This document shows positions 53,401 through 61,606 of a stretch of DNA of 64,000 nt, piece after piece. The position numbers and the translations under genes are program-made. The notes beneath the pieces are model-generated. The model worked only from the letters and a program-made list of their open reading frames with translations. It had not been told where the DNA came from and searched no databases. How positions within the stretch are numbered: position 1 is the stretch's first letter; each line of letters begins with the position of its first letter. The stretch lies in contig JASANG010000295.1 in NCBI GenBank assembly GCA_030248215.1, forward strand, positions 186,001 through 250,000, read 5' to 3'. This stretch comes from Enoplolaimus lenunculus. Its lineage: Eukaryota.

Positions 53401-56400
53401 CCGTCATACGTAGTTTGGACATTTTCAAATAATGTTTTATTCAATACAGCTACTTGCTATGTTTAATCGATTGTGAATTTCAGATGGTTACACAACACGC
53501 GATATAAGATATTGTTGGAGAGAAAAAGGAAACATGTACAAAGATTCGGTGACAACTTCGGATACAATAAATTTGCCGCAATTCACCGTTAAAGATCATA
53601 TTGTCACCCAGAAATTACAGTTACTCTCTTCAGGTAAGTAGTATATATAGCATGAATCGCCCAACTTTTAAATGTGGAGTTTCAACAAATTGTGTAAAAA
53701 ACATCTTTTAAAATGGTGGACGATATATAGTGCATACTACACACAGCATCGGAATAAAATTAGAATAATCCTGACGAAATTTAAAACTAGCCGATCTTGG
53801 TGCGTGGTAACTTCAATGATTTTATTCAGTAAACATCAGTTTTAATTTTTCAGGCAACTATGTTCACACCTAAGCTGTCTATATAAACGTATATTAGAAC
53901 AACAGATTGAATTTTGTATGGTTATAAAATGTCGCCGTCAGTACGCTACGCTGAAATGATATCAAACTTAACCAGTTTAATCCAGCACAGTAATCAATTT
54001 TTGATTTTCAGGCAACTATTCACGTCTAAGTTGTCGATTTGTATTTAAACGTAAGATAAGATTCTACTTGATTCATATATACCGTCCGTCATCGCTAGCA
54101 CGAAACACTGAAATGAATTCAATATTGCTCTGACCAAATCAAGCTTACCCGACCGTGTCATCTTCACGAAGTCACTTATCTTTGTTATTCGTTAACTTTG
54201 TTTATCATTTTTCAGGCAATTATTCACGTCTAAGTTGTCGATTTATATTTCAACGTGAAATAGGGTTTTATTTGATTCAAATCTACCTACCCTCATCTTT
54301 AATCGTTATCGTGTCGTGGATATCGTTCTGGATCAGTCGCGAAGCGACTCCAGCCCGTGTTGCGCTTGGCGTAACAACCGTTCTGACGATGACAACTATT
54401 ATGACCAACACAAACGCAGCTTTGCCTAAAGTTTCCTATATCAAAGCGATCGATTTATATCTAATAACTTCATTTGTAATGGTATTCACATCATTGCTTG
54501 AGTACGCAGCAGTTGGTTATTTGAATAAACATTTGCGAATGAAACGTGAACGTAAGAAAAAAGCTGGAGCAGCAGCACTCAAGCCAGCTACCGGAGCAAC
54601 ACCAGCGTCCGTGGCGAATTCCGGTCCGAAATCGTCTAATCTCTATTCGGGAGCACCGGGTGGGTTGGCGCTAGGTCCGCTGCAGCCAAGCTTAATTGCT
54701 GCCCCTGCAGAAGATATTGGCGGCGGCGCAGGTCATATCAGAAATCGACGATATCCAGGCATTCCGATCGAAGGGGGGATTAACCCGGCCATCACCTCGT
54801 TGCACAGTATGCATCGGCATCACAATCAAGCTGGTAACGCGTCAAACTTATCACTGAACGAGGTCAGTCAGTATAAAATGCGACTGCGTAATCCAGTGAT
54901 ATTTCCAATCTCGTTTCTAATACAAATGGTAGAGATTAAATGTTGAAATTTTAAGTTAATATGTGAAATATTTTGCCGAACATAAAACGGACAGTCTGGC
55001 CCACTGTCCTGAGAACTTTGACAGTATTGGTCCGTTAAATTATCTAATGTAAAAATTGAGTTGCTGAAATATAAATCTAAAACTCTTATGTCAACATTTT
55101 ATTTTAGTTTTCGACAATCAAAGCTTGAAAACTAAAATGAAATTTTAGCGTAAGATGCCATATTTCTGCAATACATTTGTTGAAGTCCTGCAATTAATAA
55201 GCAATTAATTTTTTAGTTTCACCAACCTTTGAGTCCGTTTGGCAGCGGCGGCCCTCAAAGCGGTCCGATGTTTCCACAACGCATTCAAATGCGTACCGCA
55301 GTCCCTGGCCAACCGATTGACTGTGATTGTGAAATTGGAGACGCTCGTGGCCGCTCGATAATCCCAAACGTTTTAAAAATTAACGGTGCAGCGTCTCAAA
55401 ACGCTTCCGGTGGAGGCAGCGGAGGCAATAGCGCAGTCGCAAGAGGGACTAGTGCGTTCCGGCGGAAAGCTCCAATTATAACACCGTCAAATATTGATAA
55501 ATACTCACGAATTATATTTCCATTCATATACGTTGTGTTCAATATTGTCTACTGGAGCATTTCTACATATTTGAGTCACAAATTTTTAAGTAGTTACATT
55601 GACAAAGCGTTGTCAGAAACGACAGATCCAGAACAAGATGACTGTTTTAAGCCAAAGGCAACAACACCGACACCTACACTGTGAACAGGATATCTGCCGC
55701 TTCGCCGCGCTTAAATTGTAACGTTTTCAAAGAGAATTTGCCGCTGAATTCAAGGTTACTCAACGTTCAATTCCTTTGGAGGTACAGGGAATATGCCTAG
55801 CTTAACGAGGGGACGCACATTATACATTTATCTGTCCAGAAACCAGGGTTATCTCTGGTAGCGTGAGGCAAGGATGTCCAAGGTCGTCGACACTCTGTCT
55901 GAACATTAAATTCAACCATTATAGTCCGTGTTTCACACTGGAGTAGCTGGAATTTTTGATACGGTAGAAAGTTTCACATTCTATAAAAGTTGCGACAGTG
56001 ATTCTTGTATTACCCATTGAAGAAGCTCCTAAATTCGCTTAGTAAACCCAGAGTATCACCCTAAACCCACCCCTGACTGCGCGTTTGAGATGAATGGAAG
56101 AATTCAGGCAAATGAAGCCAACATCACTTCGTACCAAAAGGCTGAAAAATACTTCGTCTTGTGTATGTTTTGCGAAGAAAGACTAAAATTCAACTGTAGG
56201 ATCGTACATTAGAACGGGATAAAAAAGCTAGTTAGAATTATCTCTAAAAGAATCTTACTTAGTCAGTATGTGGCCGCACACTTCTTTATCAATTTGAAAA
56301 GCTTAAACTCTATGCGAAACTAACACCAAATCCATATGGATTGCGCTGCCTAGGTCCGGCTTTTTACATGAAGGGAGTTTCGATAGGAGCGCGGTGCCTC

Positions 56401-59400
56401 GTAGTGGTTTCAAAGAGAATTAAAATGAATTGTGTTTAAAACCTTTCTTTCTGGTAAAAAAGATATTTTACCCATATAATTGATATCACTGTTGCCAAGC
56501 GAATGGAGAACAACGGAAATAAAGACTCAGCTTTTCCCAATCTACACCGTACGATTATTATACTATTTCATGCAACGTTTGAAACGGAAACAAAATAAAA
56601 ATTCCACATAAAGGTTGATTCTAAGAACCAGAAACGATGCAAAAACAATGCGGAATAACGTTTCTAACACAAAACCAGGGTATATTTTGTAATTTTTAAG
56701 TTCAATAGAACTTGCGTTTGGTTTCGTGTTTGTTTATCCATGTTTCGTTAAAGATTACAGCAATTTGGTTTGCGTAGTAAAGCTGTTGCTGATATTTTAA
56801 GTTCAATAAAGACAGCAATATAGTTTTTTGTTTGCAAATGTTTGCTTGCATCGATTTAATTGTTGCGATATAGTTTTGTTTACAATTCAATTGTGCTTGA
56901 AATCGAATCAAAGATTTGCAACAAAACAAAACTATTCAGAATTTTAAAACTAAAATTAACATTAGTTTTACAAAAGCTTAAATTTACATCAGAGTCAAAT
57001 ATCCCGCACGACATACCACAATTCCGACAGCAATTGCAATGCGAACATAGATGCACCTGCCAACACAATCGGTAGTTATCTTTTTCGTCCAAGGCAGCCT
57101 AAAATAGCTAGTCCGATTTCAAAATCAATTTGATATTTCATCTCACGATCTTCCCTGATCATTGCACGCCCAAATTGAATTGTAGAAAATATTACTTTCA
57201 AGTTCGTCATATCTCGAACAACATTCGACAACACAGGACGGCGCCCCAGGGATATATCCGCTTGCTGTAATAACCCTCCATTGTCTGAATGAGCACTTTA
57301 TTAGTTATTTTTATCTCTGTAACATTTGTCGTGTCATAAAAGATTTCTAGCCAAATCCGAACGCAACAACCCAAGAAATATAATGAATGGAAAAACTGAA
57401 ACTTGAAATACTGAAAAAAATCGGTTAATTGGTCGCGCTCTTCAGCTGAAAAATTGTAATTATGATTTTGCTCCTTGAATCTCAAGTGACACTGTTAAAT
57501 AGAGCACTCAGCGATAGATTTTATATGACCTGAAATCGAAAACCGAAGTTTGACGGCTTCTTAAGCCGAGAGGCCAAACAAAATCAGTCAAATACCTTGT
57601 TTAGTAGTAAACTTCTATATACAATTCCTCAAAAACAAAATTATTGGAATCAAAAATTTAAAATGCAAGATTCCACTCATCTGGAAAGAAAGACAAAACG
57701 CTATGCGACAGTGCAAAACAAAGAGCCAATCCATAGGACATCGCCGTAACAGTAGCATAAGCATATAGCTAAGCCTAAACCTAAGCAAAGAAATTAGACT
57801 AAAGCTTACTCTTACTTCTATTACAGTCCAGCAGAAGAAACGGTTCGTCCCTACTTCATACATAGGCCAACTAAATACCATCTTTGACCAAGTCAAAAAG
57901 CTACAAGTAAGAGTGTACCTGTAACAGGTACGTATACTTTGTGACCATTTTGCAACCACAAGCAAGCATGTTGCGTATGTACTGTAGCTACACTTTTAAC
58001 ATAGAAATTTACCAAAATGTAACTGTATGATTTACGTTAATTAATTTCTAATTGCTCCGCTATAACTTTTTGTAATAAAATGAAACACAGTTTTGTGTAC
58101 ACTGCAAAAAAATGCTGAGTCAAATTGACTCTCTCCGGAATAGGCTCTACGGGACTACACAAACTGAGTTAAATTCGACTCTACTAAAGTCAAATTCGAC
58201 TCACTAAGTCGCATGTTTGTCTCTGGTGGAGTCGAATTTGACTCAGTTTGTCTGCAGAGAGCCTATTTCGGAGAGAGTCAATTTGACTCACCATTTTTTG
58301 CAGTGTAAGTAAGCGATTCTGGAGAATATTCAACCGCACAGGTATGATCAACTGACCAAAGTATACTAATTTGTCATTTGGCATACTTATCTACTAGCAG
58401 CAAAATTTGCACACTAAACAAAGATAGCAATAAAAAGTCCATCAGATAAACTAGCTGTAAATAAACTAAATATCGATTTTGCCGAACCTTGGGATGGAAG
58501 CAAAAAGTTATCAGACATCGTTCACGGTAACTGTTTCAGGTTCGGCAACAGAACGACATAGTGTAAAAGTTAACGAGGCGCGTTCAACACAATCGCGATT
58601 CGTTAATTATACCCCCTAACACTACAGTAACTTATAATCTTGTTTTAACATTTTGTCACTCGTTAACTCTACGTTTCGGCGGCAATCATTAATAAAAGCT
58701 CAGAAAAACCATTTTACAAGCGGTATACAAATAAATATTGATTTTAGACGGCTACTCAACGAGCGATATCACATATCGATGGGTCAAACAATTTGGTTCG
58801 CCGGTTTCAATGACTCCAGAGGGCGCCGCATTACCTCAATTCAAAGTGCTAATGGTTAAATATAGCGATGGATTACAAACTTTGCTAACAGGTATCACAA
58901 GCAGTACCAGCCGTACGAACTTTGAAATTGTCTATTCCAAAGCATATACTCGCAAACGCTTATTTCAATACAAAATTTATAATTATTTCATTCCAAATTT
59001 AGTAAAAGATGCGTTACGAAAACACTGTAGTTTCTGGAAAATAGTTCTTAAATTGCCGTTTGCAATTGCTCTTTATAATAAAAGCCGTTAGTTTTAGGCA
59101 ACTACACGCGCCTGTCGTTACGCTTCATATTCGGCAGAAACATCGGCTTTTACGTGATCCAAATTTACCTTCCATCAACCCTCATTGTCATAATTTCATG
59201 GGTATCGTTTTGGTTGAGTCGTGAAGCGACTCCAGCTCGTGTAAGCTTAGGCGTCACAACTGTGCTGACAATGACAACACTGATGGCAACAACAAACGCT
59301 GCAATGCCGAAAGTTTCCTACGTCAAATCAATTGATGTTTACCTGATCACTTGCTTTTTGATGGTTTTTTCGTCTTTACTTGAATTTGCAGCTGTTGGCT

Positions 59401-61606
59401 ACATCAGTCGCAACGTCCGTCGCCGGCGATTTTCGTCTACAACTCCAGGCGCAGAAACCGAAGCAACAATTACTGGAAACGTATCGTGCGTCGAAGAGCT
59501 ATTGAAAGAAAGCGAAGAAGTAATTGTCGCTAGCAATCCTGCACCGAGGAATCCCATGCGGTCGTTTCTTGAACATCACTCAGACCCTAAACAATCGAGT
59601 GGCGAGGTTCCAAAACTTCCAAGCTCATCGGTAAAATATCGCAAACCCGCCGGTTCTGCTGCAAATACGAAACGAGAATGGCAACGGTTTTCGCTTGAAG
59701 ATCTCTCTAGCAAAACAACAACGGCCAATGACCAGAACGTATTCACGGCGTACAGGACTGAATCGATAAACGAACGGATGGCGTTACGGTCACCAGGCTC
59801 TTCAACGTCTTTCAAATTTCAATCAAATACGACGCCAACTTCAAAACCCAAACCATTTCATCTTCGAAGCAAAACTGTTTCCCCGACATCTGAGCAAATT
59901 CAATCCATTGCGTATAGGTTGGCGACCAACGAAACTAGCCAGCATCAGGTAAGGTAGAATTATCAGAGCGAAGTTACTTTTAGACATTAGTTATCTAACA
60001 AATTAAGGTAATGCTGTTGCGGTGTTAATAGGTTTTAGGTTTTAGCACATTATGATAGACGAATTTTCCAACGCTAAACCCAATCGCATTTCGGTTCCAG
60101 ACTATAGATTTATTTTTCAATCCAGCTCCAAGTCTTGGGACCACACATATAACTTATGTCAGCCATTTTCTATGGTTTATGTTCATTTTTATTTAGGAAT
60201 ATACATTTTAACCTTGCGTATGCTGCTACGAATATTTGAAATATTATTTATTACATTAAGTAATGAATCAAATTCGGTACTGAACATTATGTCCAGAAAT
60301 AATTTGCAATATCTCATTAGTTCAATTGACGTTTATGATCATACAAACCCCGGGCTGTTATTCCACACCTTTTTATTCGGGTCATCAATTATTACCTTTG
60401 CAGAGTAAAACTACAAATAATGACATATTTCTTGGTTACATTCCTTTATAATTGATCTTCTAGCGATTAACGCTGCACCTTAGAAATTTACGCCCCGTCA
60501 ATGTTGGAATTTAATTAATCATTAAAATCACTTTGCTTTGGTTCGCTTCCAGTTTATTAAACTCTATAATCAGTTTCAGTGCCACTTCCGCTTCGTATAT
60601 ACTAGCCACTTGGAGATGGTTTACTTCTTTTGGTTTCGATGTGAAATCCCTGCCAATATTTGAATTTCAAACTACTCACTGCAACTCAATCATTAAATGA
60701 AGATTTCGTAATAAAATGCTGTATTTTCAAATAGTTTCAGATAACTAAAATGAAAAAACCTGTACAAGAAACATCTTTAACGTTAATTCCACTCTGGTAT
60801 TATACTGAATTCAAAATATACAAGCACTGTTTATTATTTTCCAGTTTCTTCAGAAAAAAGCTTCTCATCCACGCTGGATTCAATTCCGCGACCGTCGTGT
60901 AGGTGCGAAAGTTTACCAACCGGTGCGCTTATCAGAATTAGATGATTTTGACGAAACTGAAGAATTCGCTGAAGAGTCAAACAGCCAAGCCTACTCAACC
61001 GAACCTGGTACCCAAACGCACGAACCAGTATGTTGTTGCGAACTATCAGGCTTCCACATTTCTCCATCCGCTACCGAGGCAGAATTACCTCATACAGAAG
61101 AACACGATGCTCTCGTTACCGCCCATGCCCAACCAACTAGGATTTGCAAGCTTGTCAAACACAGTCCAAAACTTGCTCACATCACAGAACTCGACCGAAT
61201 ATCAAACCGAAGTACTCCTAGCAGTACAACTCCTAGCAACCGTTCAAAGTCGCCAACTATTGCATCTGGCAAAATTTCACCAATTTCACTTCCAAATCAA
61301 AATCGTCATTTTCAAACAGCTCCAATTTTACCACGATCGCCGGCAAAGCCGACTCCGATTATCTCTGAAGGCCGCTGGAGCATTGGTTCCAAACCACAAC
61401 AACTGCGACGCCACATGAAAATGCCACCACCACCCCGGGAAATCATTCGAATGCGTACCGATATGGATTACTATCCTGTGACATGTTGGGGAGTGCTTAA
61501 AGCTTCAACGATCGATAAATGGTGCCGTGTTATATTTCCGACAACTTTCGTCGCGTTCAATATTGGCTACTGGCTGGTTTACTTGAAACTTAGATTTAAA
61601 CTTTAA
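35213..61606 (+). CDS. unc-49: Compound unc-49-like GABA-gated chloride channel locus (Cys-loop receptor): shared N-terminus plus four alternative C-terminal cassettes
   Basis: [43 protein letters not shown] closely matches my recollection of the UNC-49 N-terminus. There is a single Cys-loop exon followed by four YGY...GNY(S/T)RL...TPARV(S/A)[11 protein letters not shown]...IDK(Y/W)(S/C)R modules. The start codon is uncertain. Confidence 0.85.
36662..39277 (+). CDS. unc-49: Shared extracellular-domain exons (loops D, A, E, Cys-loop, start of loop B)
   Basis: Exons 36662(or 36667)-36765 ([28 protein letters not shown]), 37141-37208 ([23 protein letters not shown]), 37837-38057 ([17 protein letters not shown]...[17 protein letters not shown]...) and 39195-39277 ([27 protein letters not shown], ending in phase 1 at GTAAGT). 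Confidence 0.92.
37330..37575. mobile_element. MITE family A partial copy (intronic)
   Basis: Matches the right half of 23221-23664 and ends TTCGGGTCACTACAG|TA. Confidence 0.75.
38897..39148. mobile_element. TIR element with internal degenerate TTAGGC/TTAGGT repeats (family D), here with a 30-bp unit in about three copies
   Basis: CATGTATAGAACAGGGCCGGAACA ... TGTTCCGGTCCTGTTCTATGCATG flanking TTAGGC-like arrays. Related copies at ~2860-3065, 9425-9610, 14140-14335, 18950-19145, 32597-32810, 57730-57870 and 63280-63460. Confidence 0.7.
41206..41407. mobile_element. Palindromic (foldback) MITE, family B
   Basis: TA|CACTGCAAAAAATGGTCAGTCAAATTGACTCTCT ... AGAGAGTCAATTTGACTCACTATTTTTTGCA. Confidence 0.8.
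42332..45243 (+). CDS. unc-49: C-terminal cassette 1 (loops B/F/C, M1-M4)
   Basis: Exons 42332-42466 ([29 protein letters not shown]...LSTG), 42909-43333 (M1-M3), 43960 to 44128 or 44209 (intracellular loop) and 44762-45243 ([27 protein letters not shown]). Confidence 0.9.
46003..46640. mobile_element. Probable non-autonomous DNA element with GC-rich CCGG subterminal repeats at both ends
   Basis: CGGCCGGCCGGGTCGGCGGTAGAC at the left is roughly inverse-complementary to GCCGGCCGGTCTGCTGCCGG at the right; AT-rich centre; boundaries approximate. Confidence 0.5.
48880..51701 (+). CDS. unc-49: C-terminal cassette 2 (loops B/F/C, M1-M4; Gln-rich M3-M4 loop)
   Basis: Exons 48880-49029 ([34 protein letters not shown]...LSSG), 49674-50335 (M1-M3) and probably 51222-51701 (phase-0 TTACAG acceptor; [25 protein letters not shown]). 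Confidence 0.9.
53484..55684 (+). CDS. unc-49: C-terminal cassette 3 (loops B/F/C, M1-M4, extended C-tail)
   Basis: Exons 53484-53633 ([34 protein letters not shown]...LSSG), 54216-54862 (M1-M3, TPARVALG) and 55217-55684 ([26 protein letters not shown]). Confidence 0.9.
53845..54133 (+). pseudogene. Two degenerate tandem copies of the 5' end of the cassette-3 M1-M3 exon, each with an intact TTTTCAG acceptor
   Basis: TTTTCAG|GCAACTATGTTCACACCTAAG at 53854 and TTTTCAG|GCAACTATTCACGTCTAAGTTGTCGATTTGTATTTAAACG at 54012, versus the true exon TTTTCAG|GCAATTATTCACGTCTAAGTTGTCGATTTATATTTCAACG at 54216. Confidence 0.8.
58100..58305. mobile_element. Palindromic (foldback) MITE, family B
   Basis: TA|CACTGCAAAAAAATGCTGAGTCAAATTGACTCTCTCCGGAATAGGCTCT ... 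AGAGCCTATTTCGGAGAGAGTCAATTTGACTCACCATTTTTTGCAGTG|TA. Confidence 0.85.
58748..61606 (+). CDS. unc-49: C-terminal cassette 4 (loops B/F/C, M1-M4; longest M3-M4 loop)
   Basis: Exons 58748-58891 ([32 protein letters not shown]...LLTG), 59098-59948 (M1-M3) and 60845-61606 ([27 protein letters not shown]). AATAAA at 62141. Confidence 0.9.

Noticed and set aside
42332..61606. Four independent tandem GABA-receptor genes
   Set aside because: No signal peptide, loop D/A/E or Cys-loop exons were found between modules; all begin at the same phase-1 junction that matches the single shared donor.
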